A stretch of DNA of 63,570 bases, the filler included, from Octopus bimaculoides (lineage: Eukaryota): NCBI RefSeq assembly GCF_001194135.2. It is 6 parts of 6 records of this genome, joined end to end, with 100 filler letters (N's around TTAATTAATTAA, not from the genome) between each part and the next. Parts side by side here need not be neighbours in the genome. Positions count along the whole stretch, not along the records: positions 37,641 to 51,278 come from NC_068982.1; positions 51,379 to 60,399 come from NC_068996.1; positions 60,500 to 62,167 come from NW_026407816.1; positions 62,268 to 63,570 come from NW_026436362.1; 2 more parts are not named here. One strand, given 5' to 3'. Positions within the stretch are counted from its first letter, which is position 1; each line of letters begins with the position of its first letter. Positions 51,046 to 63,570 of this stretch are shown piece after piece. The notes below the pieces were generated by a model. That model saw nothing but the letters and a program-made list of their open reading frames with translations. It was not told where the DNA came from and ran no database searches. Made by a program: the position numbers and the translations under genes.

Positions 51046-51278
51046 TATCATCATCATCATCGTTTAACGTCCGCTTTCCATGCTAGCATGGGTTGGACGA
51101 TTTGACTGAGGACTGGTGAAACCGGATGGCAACACCAGGCTCCAGTCTGATTTGGCAGAGTTTCTACAGCTGGATGCCCTTCCTAACGCCAACCACTCAG
51201 AGAGTGTAGTGGGTGCTTTTACGTGTCACCCGCACGAAAACGGCCACGCTCGAAATGGTGTCTTTTATGTGCCACCCG
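51046..51278 (-). mobile_element. 3' part of a SINE/LINE family F with (GAT)n tail, possibly RTE-related
   Basis: catcatcatcatcgtttaacgtccgc terminus and ctggatgcccttcctaacgccaaccac motif; runs into a gap. Confidence 0.7.
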
Positions 51279-51993
51279 NNNNNNNNNNNNNNNNNNNNNN
51301 NNNNNNNNNNNNNNNNNNNNNNTTAATTAATTAANNNNNNNNNNNNNNNNNNNNNNNNNNNNNNNNNNNNNNNNNNNNTATATATATATATATATATATA
51401 TATTCTTGGTCAACATGTCTGCATGTTGACCCACCTACGTGGAAGATAAAAACGTGGGGTGGGGGAAAAGAAAAATAGGTAATACTATACAAACGACGTT
51501 GTCAAATTACTTACTAGACCTAACAATTTCTTGGAAATAAAATGATTTAAGGTGTTTTAGTATTCATGACCTTTTTTTTTTTTTTACTTAAATAGCATGA
51601 AATAAGAACTGCTGTAAGATAAAATGATAACCAGTCAAGTGAAACATTAAACTCTATTAACCTTGATTTGTTTCAATACAAAGGTGTTGAAAGAAAGGTG
51701 TTCACATTAGTTATTAATATATTTACATTCTGGATCGTCTAGAATGTCCATTAAATCGGTATCAAACGGATAATAAAGGTTTCAAACTGATGTAACTTTT
51801 TTTCTATTTTCTTTCTTCTCGAGAGGTACACAAATTAACCCTTTGCTTGTCCGGTCACTCACGTGTGATATACAACGCATATCTCTGAGGCATCTATACA
51901 TCATATATATGATACACATTCCCAATTTTTCTTCAACCACCAGAGTAACTTGGGACTTATACGAAAAGCTTTTTACTACTCAGAACATATGAA

Positions 51994-52414
51994 CAATAGC
52001 GTAACTAGGGGGTGCAAAGGGGCACAGGACTCGGGCGCCGATTGAAGTGGGGCGCAGAATTGAACTCTATTTATAAAATTGTAACTGTAATGATGGATCT
52101 CCAACATATCGTTTTATGATGTTATTTGAAGGTAAACGCAATATGATGGATGTCTACATTTTTTACAAAGGGCGTCAAAACGGGCTTCGTAAAAGTAAAC
52201 ATTCAAAAAATATATTTTGAATTACAAGCTGGACCGAACCGGCAGGTAAATGAACTCTGGTAAAGTATTTATTCCTAAAATATTACTTTAAAACATTAAT
52301 AACTTGTAATGAATAAGTACTATATACTATCGTGGATTTTGTAATTGGGGTGGGGTAGGCGGGGCGCATTTTTGTGGCTTGGCCCGGGCGCAGTTTATCT
52401 TAGCTACGCCACTG
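51994..52414. mobile_element. hAT-type MITE (421 bp) with 8-bp TSD
   Basis: TIR caatagcgtaactagg versus reverse complement cagtggcgtagctaag (12/16); catatgaa (51986-51993) and catgtgaa (52415-52422). Confidence 0.8.
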
Positions 52415-52559
52415 CATGTGAAACAAGGGCCAACTAAAAGTTAGAAAACAAGCAAGGACGTTTAGGATAAACTTAAGGAAAGGATTTGGACAGGTAAAGG
52501 GTAAAGGCTTATATGCTCAATGAATTTTTTTTAAGGGTGGAAGTTGGAGGTAAAGCGAT

Positions 52560-52936
52560 GCAAGGTAAGATTTCTTCCCAACCACATGGTTCCCGGTTCA
52601 GTCCCACTGCGCGGTGCCGCAAGCAAGTGTCTTCTACTATAGTCTCGGGCCAACTAAAACATTGTGAGTGGATTTAGGAGACGGAAACAGAAAGAAGCCC
52701 GTTGTATATAAATGTGCGTGTGAGAGAGAGAGAGAGAGAGAGAGAGTTTGTGTCTCTGTGCCTCACCACCGCTTGACAACCGGTGCTGGTGTTTACGTCC
52801 TCGTAAGCTAGCGGTTCGCCAAAAGAGGTTGATAGAATGAGTGCCAGACTTAAGAAAAAAACATCCTGGGGTCGATTCATTCGACTAAAGAATTCTCTAA
52901 GGCGGTGCCCCAGCATGGCCGCAGTCTAATAACTGN
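52560..52936 (+). mobile_element. SINE family B with internal (GA)n
   Basis: Same architecture as the other B copies. Confidence 0.9.
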
Positions 52937-53415
52937 NNNNNNNNNNNNNNNNNNNNNNNNNNNNNNNNNNNNNNNNNNNNNNNNNNNNNNNNNNNNNNNN
53001 NNNNNNNNNNNNNNNNNNNNNNNNNNNNNNNNNNNNNNNNNNNNNNNNNNNNNNNNNNNNNNNNNNNNNNNNNNNNNNNNNNNNNNNNNNNNNNNNNNNN
53101 NNNNNNNNNNNNNNNNNNNNNNNNNNNNNNNNNNNNNNNNNNNNNNCTCTTCAAGCTAAAGTTAAAGCAGGTTTGGAAGTTTGAAACTGAAATCGAAAAG
53201 TAAAGAAGTACAGAATATACACATTTTACAATTTCTTTTTTCCTATGAAGGAAACGAGGTGAAATGTTAGTCGAGTTGGGTTTTAAAATGGTTAAGGAGT
53301 TTAAGAATAATTCATCTAACTTCAAGGAAGCTGGAAAACGACAGGAATCGGTTTGAGTTATTGGATTGTGGACTGGGGTAAAGTTTCAAGCGTTTTAGTC
53401 GATCGTGTGTTGGGG

Positions 53416-53660
53416 GAAGCGCGTGACCAAATGAGATCGTGGGTTCGATTCCCTGATTGGGCGGCGCGTTGTGTTCTTGAGCAAAACACTTCATTCACGT
53501 TACTCCAGCCCCACTTCCTTTCGATCAGTGGGAAATGTTGGTCTGCTCGCCAAGCCAGCAGGGTGGTGTCATTTGAATGCGAAAACAATACAAAAACGCA
53601 TTGTGACCAGCGAAGTGTAACAACATCTGATAGCCTGGACAGTCACGTGATCGTGATATA
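53416..53660 (+). mobile_element. tRNA-headed CORE-like SINE with a different 3' body
   Basis: gggttcgattccc...gttgtgttcttgagcaaaacacttcattcacgttactccag. Confidence 0.7.
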
Positions 53661-53799
53661 GTTATGAATATATGTATATGTGAGTGTATGTATATACGCG
53701 CATATTACGTACGTATATATGTATGTATGCATGTATTATGTATTTACATATAAGGGTATTTATGAGATACCACTATGCTTGAACTGGCAATCAAAACTT

Positions 53800-53838
<39 letters not shown>

Positions 53839-55932
53839 NNNNNNNNNNNNNNNNNNNNNNNNNNNNNNNNNNNNNNNNNNNNNNNNNNNNNNNNNNNNNN
53901 NNNNNNNNNNNNNNNNNNNNNNNNNNNNNNNNNNNNNNNNNNNNNNNNNNNNNNNNNNNNNNNNNNNNNNNNNNNNNNNNNNNNNNNNNNNNNNNNNNNN
54001 NNNNNNNNNNNNNNNNNNNNNNNNNNNNNNNNNNNNNNNNNNNNNNNNNNNNNNNNNNNNNNNNNNNNNNNNNNNNNNNNNNNNNNNNNNNNNNNNNNNN
54101 NNNNNNNNNNNNNNNNNNNNNNNNNNNNNNNNNNNNNNNNNNNNNNNNNNNNNNNNNNNNNNNNNNNNNNNNNNNNNNNNNNNNNNNNNNNNNNNNNNNN
54201 NNNNNNNNNNNNNNNNNNNNNNNNNNNNNNNNNNNNNNNNNNNNNNNNNNNNNNNNNNNNNNNNNNNNNNNNNNNNNNNNNNNNNNNNNNNNNNNNNNNN
54301 NNNNNNNNNNNNNNNNNNNNNNNNNNNNNNNNNNNNNNNNNNNNNNNNNNNNNNNNNNNNNNNNNNNNNNNNNNNNNNNNNNNNNNNNNNNNNNNNNNNN
54401 NNNNNNNNNNNNNNNNNNNNNNNNNNNNNNNNNNNNNNNNNNNNNNNNNNNNNNNNNNNNNNNNNNNNNNNNNNNNNNNNNNNNNNNNNNNNNNNNNNNN
54501 NNNNNNNNNNNNNNNNNNNNNNNNNNNNNNNNNNNNNNNNNNNNNNNNNNNNNNNNNNNNNNNNNNNNNNNNNNNNNNNNNNNNNNNNNNNNNNNNNNNN
54601 NNNNNNNNNNNNNNNNNNNNNNNNNNNNNNNNNNNNNNNNNNNNNNNNNNNNNNNNNNNNNNNNNNNNNNNNNNNNNNNNNNNNNNNNNNNNNNNNNNNN
54701 NNNNNNNNNNNNNNNNNNNNNNNNNNNNNNNNNNNNNNNNNNNNNNNNNNNNNNNNNNNNNNNNNNNATATATATATATATATATATATATACATACATA
54801 CATGCATACATACATACATATGCAGATATATAATTTGTATAAACGGACACAAATGTATTTACATATATATTCGTACATATTTATGCGCACATGTGTATGT
54901 GTGTGTGTGTGTGTACTTGTGTATGAGTATTGTGTATACTGTACGCGACAGCTGTTTCATAAGGAGACGGGGAGAGAAACGAACAATATGGCACAGTCCA
55001 TCAGTCTGTGATATCTCCTAGCATCTTAATAAGATTATTGTAAATGTGGGCTTCCTCCTCGACAGTAGCCAGGATGAAAATTCTTGCCTACAACCACAGA
55101 ACTTCTAAACGATTTCAAGAATTTCTTGTTGCAGTTTTGGGTCATGATTTTTACTTTCAAGTACAGGTTATTTAAATGGTTATTTAAATGGTTGTGAGCC
55201 GAAGGACAAGCATGTTCTTTGTGGTGGTGATAGACTGTAGTTTCGGAACCTTCCTTTGTTGAGAATTTCACAGTACACCAGCTTATCTATCAGCCTTCGA
55301 TTCTGCCACTGGACTGTAGTACAATGAGTAACTTCTCTATCAAATAACCCTCTCCTTCGAATATCACCCAAAAGAATATTTCGTTTCTGTATTTAATTTG
55401 CAAGGTTCTTGATATGAACTCGCGTGTTGGAACAGATTTTGTTGCATCTCGGGAGGGTCATTACACCTATAATAAGCACGCGCATAGGTTCAATTTTACA
55501 TCTTTATTACTTATTTGTCAATTGGTTAACTATACATCCAACAAACTAATCGGTTGTTCGATTAATCATTCGTTTAAGTAATCAATCAGTTTGTCCTATT
55601 CCTCTCGTTGTAATTCTCCACCTCACCAATGTCCTATCCTCTCCTTTCAGGTTGGCTTCAAGTTTGTCTGTCTTTTAATTTCAGGTTTAATATTTATGTT
55701 GTCGTATGGATGTGAATAACAATAAAGAGGAGAAATTGGACCAGTGCATGTATTTATTATGATGTAATGATCCTCCCGAGATACAACAAAATGAAGAGAA
55801 TTTTGTATTTGATTTCGTAAACCCTACGAACAGAGTAAATCTCAGGAATTCTCGCCAATATTGAGAACAAGTGTGATTTCAAGTCGTTTGTGATAGGTAG
55901 TCATCATGATGAATGATGCAAATATACGTTAT

Positions 55933-56143
55933 GGCGGCGAGCTGGTAGAGTCGTTAGCAGATCAGATAAAATGCTTAGCGGCATTTCGTCTTTACGTTCT
56001 GAGTTCAAATTCTGCCGAGGTCGGATTTCCTTTTCATCTTTTAGGAGTCGATAAAATATATACCATTTGAGCAGTATGGTCGATGTAATCGACTTACAAC
56101 CAACCCTGAAATTGCTGGCGTTATTCCAAAATTTGAAACCAAT
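55933..56143 (+). mobile_element. SINE family A
   Basis: Matches the other copies. Confidence 0.88.
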
Positions 56144-57639
56144 GTGGCTTTACTTGAGTGCCAAATAAATGTCACTGAGTTTCGGATGCATTTATTCTAG
56201 AAGTAAAGGTTTTCCAAAGATTGAGAGTGGTAGAAATATCCTTTGGGCTTNNNNNNNNNNNNNNNNNNNNNNNNNNNNNNNNNNNNNNNNNNNNNNNNNN
56301 NNNNNNNNNNNNNNNNNNNNNNNNNNNNNNNNNNNNNNNNNNNNNNNNNNNNNNNNNNNNNNNNNNNNNNNNNNNNNNNNNNNNNNNNNNNNNNNNNNNN
56401 NNNNNNNNNNNNNNNNNNNNNNNNNNNNNNNNNNNNNNNNNNNNNNNNNNNNNNNNNNNNNNNNNNNNNNNNNNNNNNNNNNNNNNNNNNNNNNNNNNNN
56501 NNNNNNNNNNNNNNNNNNNNNNNNNNNNNNNNNNNNNNNNNNNNNNNNNNNNNNNNNNNNNNNNNNNNNNNNNNNNNNNNNNNNNNNNNNNNNNNNNNNN
56601 NNNNNNNNNNNNNNNNNNNNNNNNNNNNNNNNNNNNNNNNNNNNNNNNNNNNNNNNNNNNNNNNNNNNNNNNNNNNNNNNNNNNNNNNNNNNNNNNNNNN
56701 NNNNNNNNNNNNNNNNNNNNNNNNNNNNNNNNNNNNNNNNNNNNNNNNNNNNNNNNNNNNNNNNNNNNNNNNNNNNNNNNNNNNNNNNNNNNNNNNNNNN
56801 NNNNNNNNNNNNNNNNNNNNNNNNNNNNNNNNNNNNNNNNNNNNNNNNNNNNNNNNNNNNNNNNNNNNNNNNNNNNNNNNNNNNNNNNNNNNNNNNNNNN
56901 NNNNNNNNNNNNNNNNNNNNNNNNNNNNNNNNNNNNNNNNNNNNNNNNNNNNNNNNNNNNNNNNNNNNNNNNNNNNNNNNNNNNNNNNNNNNNNNNNNNN
57001 NNNNNNNNNNNNNNNNNNNNNNNNNNNNNNNNNATATATACATTTATAAATTTTCTAGATTTTATTTTATATTTTATACTACTTATGTATTTATTTGTAA
57101 TTTATCAGACAAGCTTCTAAGAGTTCGAAGTTAACTCGTTCTGTTGACATTAGAGAAACATCCGTTTGGCTGTTCACCTCAATCGGAAATTTAATGTTCT
57201 TCCATAATCCCTGTTGTAGTTATCATCATAATCATCATCGTCGTCGTCGTCATTATCATCATCATTAAGTTCCACTTGGAAATGAAAGTGAGGGTAAAGA
57301 AGGAAGTGCTACCTCTAAGTGAATTTGTGAAAAGATGACTGACTAGCAAAAATGGTTAGATTGGAGAACAGGAGAGGAGGCTCCTGATTTTGGTGGTCAG
57401 GGTAACCCTGAATCTGTGGGGTTTCTTGATTGGTCCTAGTTGGAGTATCTCCTATATCAAGGGGACTGCATTATTCATGTTATCACATACTTTGTATACA
57501 ATGTATACTTTTTATGACATTTCGCTGTCTTTTCCATTTCTTTCTCTCCATCCTTTATGTAAATCCCCACACAAATTGTTGTCTGTCCGTGAGATGTCCC
57601 CGTCATCTATGCCCTTCCGGATGATAAAAGAAATTATTT

Positions 57640-58205
57640 CCTTTTATCACAGGTTTTGTTGGAGCTCCTGGGGCATTGCATGTGCAGCCGGCTTGCCACC
57701 TGCAGCCGACGGTGCCATGCTATTCGTTCTTTTCAACTATCTAATACCTTCCTGATTACTCTGGCCGTGCCAAGGAGACAAATCTTTTGCAACAGTTCTA
57801 CTGGACACTCTGTTTCAATTTTCTTTATATTCCTCTTGATGCCTTCTGATACTGTTCCCAAGGACCCTACAATACTTGGCACTGTCTTCACCTTCTTCAT
57901 TTTCTATAGCCAGGCTATTTCCTACTTAAGAGAGTTGTATTTTTTTATCTTTTCACCTTCTTTCTTGACTATTCATGGGTCAGAAGGACTTGCATCATCA
58001 ACTACATAGCACATGTGGTGCATCTTGTCCATCACCACTAGGTCTGGGCTGCTATGCTTTAACACCTGACCTGTTTGGATTGGGAAATCCCAGAGGATTT
58101 TGCTAGTCTCCGATTCCGCCACTCTCTGCAGTTTGTGCTCATACCACATCTTGTCTTTCTCTAGCACAGTTTCCAGTGTAGCACTTTCACACAAGTTTCC
58201 AATGA
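57640..58205 (-). pseudogene. R4/Dong-type retrotransposon C-terminal RLE domain remnant
   Basis: WYEHKLQRVAESETSKILWDFPIQT...PDLVVMDK...DDASPSD...EKIKKY...TVPSIVGSLG...LLQKICLLGTARVIRKVL. Confidence 0.88.
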
Positions 58206-58299
58206 AGCACTTTCATTACCCGGTTATTATTATTATCATTATTATTGTATTAAAACTCTCAGCTTATTATGCAGGGTATGATGGAAAGTGTCAGCTGTC

Positions 58300-58508
58300 C
58301 ACAGCCAGCAGACTAGCACGCTGCATGAAATGTTTAGCAGCATTTCTCACATCGCTACATTCTGAGTTCAAATTCCGCAGAGATCGACTTTGCTTTTCAT
58401 CCTTTCGGGGTCGTTAAATTAAATACCAGTGAAATTCTAGGGTCGACGTAATCGACTAGTCCCTTCTCCACCCTAAATTTCAGGCTTTGTGCCTATTGTT
58501 GAAAGGAA
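58300..58508 (+). mobile_element. SINE family A (diverged)
   Basis: Matches the other copies. Confidence 0.85.
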
Positions 58509-58513
58509 GCGCC

Positions 58514-58709
58514 TCCCCCTTTTGGGAGTTCTACTTATTTATTTATCTATTTATTTATCTATTTATTTATTATATCTTTCTCTGTTTTCTTCCTCTGTTT
58601 AGACGAACTTTCCTACCTTTTCGGACAAAACCTTTTGTAACCTTCGTCCTGTCTTTGTCCTTACATGTTCTTAATTGATATTAGCCCTTGTGGCCAATAA
58701 AACGAATTA

Positions 58710-58780
<71 letters not shown>
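58514..58780 (+). mobile_element. Family G element with expanded (ATT)n tail
   Basis: Nearly identical to 41114-41308. Confidence 0.85.
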
Positions 58781-59396
58781 ATGTACTTTTTCGGGAGGAA
58801 CTAATTTTCTAAAAATGCCNNNNNNNNNNNNNNNNNNNNNNNNNNNNNNNNNNNNNNNNNNNNNNNNNNNNNNNNNNNNNNNNNNNNNNNNNNNNNNNNN
58901 NNNNNNNNNNNNNNNNNNNNNNNNNNNNNNNNNNNNNNNNNNNNNNNNNNNNNNNNNNNNNNNNNNNNNNNNNNNNNNNNNNNNNNNNNNNNNNNNNNNN
59001 NNNNNNNNNNNNNNNNNNNNNNNNNNNNNNNNNNNNNNNNNNNNNNNNNNNNNNNNNNNNNNNNNNNNNNNNNNNNNNNNNNNNNNNNNNNNNNNNNNNN
59101 NNNNNNNNNNNNNNNNNNNNNNNNNNNNNNNNNNNNNNNNNNNNNNNNNNNNNNNNNNNNNNNNNNNNNNNNNNNNNNNNNNNNNNNNNNNNNNNNNNNN
59201 NNNNNNNNNNNNNNNNNNNNNNNNNNNNNNNNNNNNNNNNNNNNNNNNNNNNNNNNNNNNNNNNNNNNNNNNNNNNNNNNNNNNNNNNNNNNNNNNNNNN
59301 NNNNNNNNNNNNNNNNNNNNNNNNNNNNNNNNNNNNNNNNNNNNNNNNNNNNNNNNNNNNNNNNNNNNNNNNNNNNNNNNNNNNNNNNNNNNNNNN

Positions 59397-59615
59397 GAAG
59401 AAGAAGAAGAAGAAGAAGAAGAAGAAGAAGAAGAAGAAGAAGAAGAAGAAGAAGAAGAAGGAGGAGGGGGGAGAAGAAGAAGAAGAAGAAGAAGAAGAAG
59501 AAGAAGAAGAAGAAGAAGGAGAAGAAGAAGAAGAAGAAGAAGAAGAAAAAGAAGAAGAAGAAGAAGAAGAAGAAGAAGAAGAAGAAGAAGAAGAAGAAGA
59601 AGAAGAAGAAAGGGA
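59397..59615. repeat. (GAA)n microsatellite
   Basis: Visible; source of the poly-E/R/K/L/F/S ORFs. Confidence 0.97.
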
Positions 59616-60088
59616 GAGAGAAGAAATAGAAGAAGAAAATGGAGGAAATGAGACGAGAAAATAAAACAAAATGGAGAAGGAGGAGAAGTAAAGAAAGAAA
59701 CAAGAAAACAAAAAATATAACGGGACGAAATAAAAAATAACTTCTGAAAAAAAAAAGGAAAAAAAAACAAACGTAAGAAAGATTGCTATAAAAATTAGAA
59801 GAGCATAAAAGTAGTGATGGTTATATATTGTGAAGAAAATATAAGGAAAATGAGGTGGAGAGGAGGAAAATTTAACAATGGGAAGGGAAAATAGGCGGTT
59901 GGAACAGATGGAGATAGAGAGATAGAGGATGTGTGTATGTGTGTATGCGTGTGTGTATGTGTGCGTATGTCTGTGTATAAGTGGATGTGTGTGTGTGTGA
60001 TAGTGTATGGATGTGTGTGTGTGTGTGTGTGTGTGTGTTTATGATTGCGTGTGCCTAGAGATTATAGATACGTATATATGCATGTATC

Positions 60089-60300
60089 TTATTCTTTTAT
60101 TCTACTCTTTTACTTGTTTCGGTCATTTGACTGAAGCCATGCTGGAGCACCGCCTTAAAGATACGCGCACACACACGCACACACACACACACACGTATAT
60201 ATGACGGGCTTCTTTCAGTTTCCGTCTACCAAATACACTCAGAAGGCCTTGGCCAGCCCGAGGCTATAGTAGAAGACACTTGCCCAAAGTACCACGCAGG
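60089..60300 (-). mobile_element. SINE family B with internal deletion
   Basis: Tail (...gcaccgccttaaag) joins directly to the (CA)n tract and then the 5' half. Confidence 0.85.
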
Positions 60301-60354
60301 CAAGCAAATAGGTAACCCGTGATATGTAGCACTTACTCTTGCATGCATATAACA

Positions 60355-60399
<45 letters not shown>

Positions 60400-61289
60400 N
60401 NNNNNNNNNNNNNNNNNNNNNNNNNNNNNNNNNNNNNNNNNNNTTAATTAATTAANNNNNNNNNNNNNNNNNNNNNNNNNNNNNNNNNNNNNNNNNNNNA
60501 TAATAATAATAATAATATTAACACCTTCTTGGAAAAGGTGCTCAAGTTAAATTATATTCAAGATTATGCTATTGGACTGGTCGCATACCTAGCAAACGCT
60601 CATGACCCTCCTCTGTGAATAGTAAAAGCTCGGACGCAAAGCTCTTCCATCAACAATTCCGAATATTTATTCCTTAAACCGCTACGAAAGTAAAACGCAG
60701 CGACTAATTTTGATGTGAAATGAATGAACATGAAAGCAAAATCATTACAGCCAGGTTTCAGTACAGGATACTTGTAAAACAGATGCTGAGGAACAGGAAT
60801 AATGAAAAGGATGCAGAGATAANNNNNNNNNNGTAAAACAGATGCTGAGGAACAGGAATAATGAAAAGGATGCAGAGATAACTACCTGAAGTTTCGTAAG
60901 TAGATGCTAACATTGTGCGATTGTGCCATTCTTGATGGACAGAACCTCAATGATAGAATACGCGGAACTTACAAATTAAAAATCGACCACATTACATCTG
61001 ATGCTTGCGACTATTGAAGATTTAATTAATTTACTGTCATAAAAGAAGCAGTAAAATATGTGCAGCGGAAAATATCCCTGTATTACATCGTCAAAGCAAA
61101 TTAGTAATANNNNNNNNNNNNNNNNNNNNNNNNNNNNNNNNNNNNNNNNNNNNNNNNNNNNNNNNNNNNNNNNNNNNNNNNNNNNNNNNNNNNNNNNNCC
61201 TTGAAATGTATCTTAATACAAGTGATGTGCACTTACGAACTGTACTGAAGTATGAAAATTTCAAGCAAGCTTCAGTCATGAAGCTTATA

Positions 61290-62167
61290 CGAAATTTAAA
61301 AAGTCTCTTGACCTACAAGTTAACAATAAGAATAACCAAAGACACCCAAATACTGACAGACCTACCATTGCTTCTTCGAATTTAGAAATTAACAATCATG
61401 AAGACGAACGAGATCAAATTAGGGGCAAGCCTATTACTGCTGCAAAAAACATCAAACAAAAAGCAAAGAAGGCTTGCATCAATAATATCAAAGACAACTG
61501 GAAAGGCAAATTCCTGCATGGAAAATACCCTAACCGAATTTACAAGCCAGATATTGATCAAGACCTAACACACCAATGGCTACAAGAGACAGGTCTGAAA
61601 GGNNNNNNNNNNAACAGAAAGTTTTGTTATTACAGCGCAAAATAAGAGCTTTCCTACCAGAAACTACCATGCAAATGTCCTTAAAGATGGATGTGACCAC
61701 TCGTGCAGAATTTGTGGAAAATTCACAGAGACGATAAAGTTGTTTCTGGCTGCCCAGTCCTCACTGAAAAAGAGTACGTCATAAGACATGATTGACTAGG
61801 GAATGCTTGTAGATAATACAAAATTAAATCCCNNNNNNNNNNNNNNNNNNNNNNNNNNNNNNNNNNNNNNNNNNNNNNNNNNNNNNNNNNNNNNNNNNNN
61901 NNNNNNNNNNNNNNNNNNNNNNNNNNNNNNNNNNNNNNNNNNNNNNNNNNNNNNNNNNNNNNNNNNNNNNNNNNNNNNNNNNNNNNNNNNNNNNNNNNNN
62001 NNNNNNNNNNNNNNNNNATGGAATAAATGTGGTGATAATTTTAGCATGCATAGCAAAACAAAAGTGCGCGTGTTACTCTTAGCCTCCAGAGGATGCCCGG
62101 TACCAAGGCACCTGAAGTAAAGTTATAATGAAAAGAAACCATAAATAATAATAATAATAATAATAAT
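61290..62167 (+). pseudogene. R4/Dong-type retrotransposon remnant (post-RT and CCHC region) with (AAT)n tail; contains gaps
   Basis: WKGKFLHGKYP...HQWLQETGLK...ESFVITAQNKSFPTRNY...CRICGKFTETI. Confidence 0.8.
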
Positions 62168-62267
62168 NNNNNNNNNNNNNNNNNNNNNNNNNNNNNNNNN
62201 NNNNNNNNNNNTTAATTAATTAANNNNNNNNNNNNNNNNNNNNNNNNNNNNNNNNNNNNNNNNNNNN

Positions 62268-62310
<43 letters not shown>

Positions 62311-62319
62311 ATTTCTACG

Positions 62320-62523
62320 TGTGTTTCTCTCCCTATCATCGCTTGACAACCAGTGTTGATGCATTTAGATCCCCGTAACTTAGCGAACCGGCAAAAGAGA
62401 CTGCTAGAATAAATACTAGGCTTAAAAAATAAGTCGTGGAGTCGATTTGTTCGACTAAACACCCTTCAAGGCAGTGCTCTAGCATGGCCGCTGTCAAATG
62501 ACTGAAATAAATAAAAGAATAAA
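62320..62523 (+). mobile_element. SINE family B 3' half
   Basis: cgcttgacaacc...gtcaaatgactgaaataaataaaagaataa. Confidence 0.88.
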
Positions 62524-63091
62524 TGACTATATATAAAGATATAACACACACAAGCAATACATATGCGTGTATAATATTGAGCGTACCCTGAACATTTGTA
62601 TACACACATGCAGAGCATTACATGCACTTGTAGAAATGAATATATTCATGAGATATACTTACAACAATATAGAAGATGCTTTCTCCTTATAGCCATGTTA
62701 TTTAACAAAGTATTTCACCTCCAATCTAGAATTTCTTTTATTCTAAACGAAATAAAAGAACTAACTCTCCATTATTATTCAGACAATGGATGGAAATGTA
62801 CCGATATTGTATTCGTCTTCAAGGGGAACAAATGAAATCATAAAATTTTCTAAAGCTCTTTCTAAAATCGCAATCTATAAGTTCCATGCTATCACACATG
62901 CCTTCTGACACATACACGTTATATACAAATATTAAATATAGACACGGGTTGTTTCTGTTGTAAACAATAAAACTACTCGTATTTGTAAACAGAAGTTACA
63001 TATAAGTATTCATATGTAATTTTACATGATGTCCATGCATTCGCAAGTATATAGAGGCTTGCATTTCACACGTGTTTTATGGGAATTCTGG

Positions 63092-63146
63092 GGGTAATGA
63101 TCCCTGAAGAGTCTTAATAAATGTGAAACATTTCGGTTTGATACTC
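63092..63146 (+). ncRNA. Second decayed type I hammerhead ribozyme-like motif
   Basis: CTGAAGA at 63104-63110, GAAAC at 63125-63129, TTC in place of GTC at 63132-63134, flanking stem I 63092-63103 with 63135-63146. Confidence 0.5.
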
Positions 63147-63570
63147 ATTCCTATCTACCGAGTCCTGTTATTTAATTAATCACGGGGCATAATTTTGCAA
63201 GAATAAAAATTTATACATATTTTGTATACATAATATGTCAATCTTTGGATGACAGACCGTTTAATGTAGGGAGAAATAGTTTCAATCAAAAATGGTGATA
63301 TAAAATCAACAGCGATATATCAGGTAGCCAAAAGTTTATATAGGAAATCCCGTGCTTGTTTATTCAATGTATTTTTGTATCGATTCATACATTCTATACA
63401 TCAAGTAAAAATAAGCATTATTGATAAAATGACTACTGCTTAAACCTGGAGGCCGCTTGTGTAAACTATATTTCTAACGAAATTTTTCGAGTGAATAATC
63501 ATTTGTGTATTTACTGGTTGAAGTCGGCTCAACTAAGACTAGTGAGCACTGAGACATATACAATATACAC

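Noticed and set aside
53680-57134. ORFs of 270-440 aa
   Set aside because: Composed almost entirely of N-gap codons.
60774-60881. 49-bp direct repeat separated by 10 N
   Set aside because: Perfect duplicate on both sides of a minimal gap, typical of overlapping contig ends that were not merged.

Overview
This is an AT-rich, repeat-saturated eukaryotic window from a gapped draft assembly. The SINE families and microsatellite load look like an octopus (coleoid cephalopod) genome; that is recognition from memory, not a database result. I find no complete protein-coding gene, rRNA, true tRNA or CRISPR array. Nearly every long ORF in the track is a microsatellite or N-gap artefact. Supported retroelements: many tRNA-headed SINEs (informal families A-G; several copies have 15-16 bp TSDs), decayed R4/Dong-type LINEs, two Penelope-like remnants (one with GIY-YIG), the 3' end of a young Gypsy-type element with PPT and a complete LTR, and a probable solo LTR. 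Supported DNA transposons: two inverted Tigger/pogo transposase copies, a Merlin (IS1595-like) remnant, and Tigger-, hAT- and piggyBac-type MITEs. The best second-look items are two decayed type I hammerhead-ribozyme folds, a SINE that carries a different expanded microsatellite at one fixed internal site, a SINE tail shared with a separate ~190-bp element, a back-to-back R4 pair resembling a twin-priming inversion, and a few low-confidence candidate host exons. Nothing here demonstrates a new biological system.
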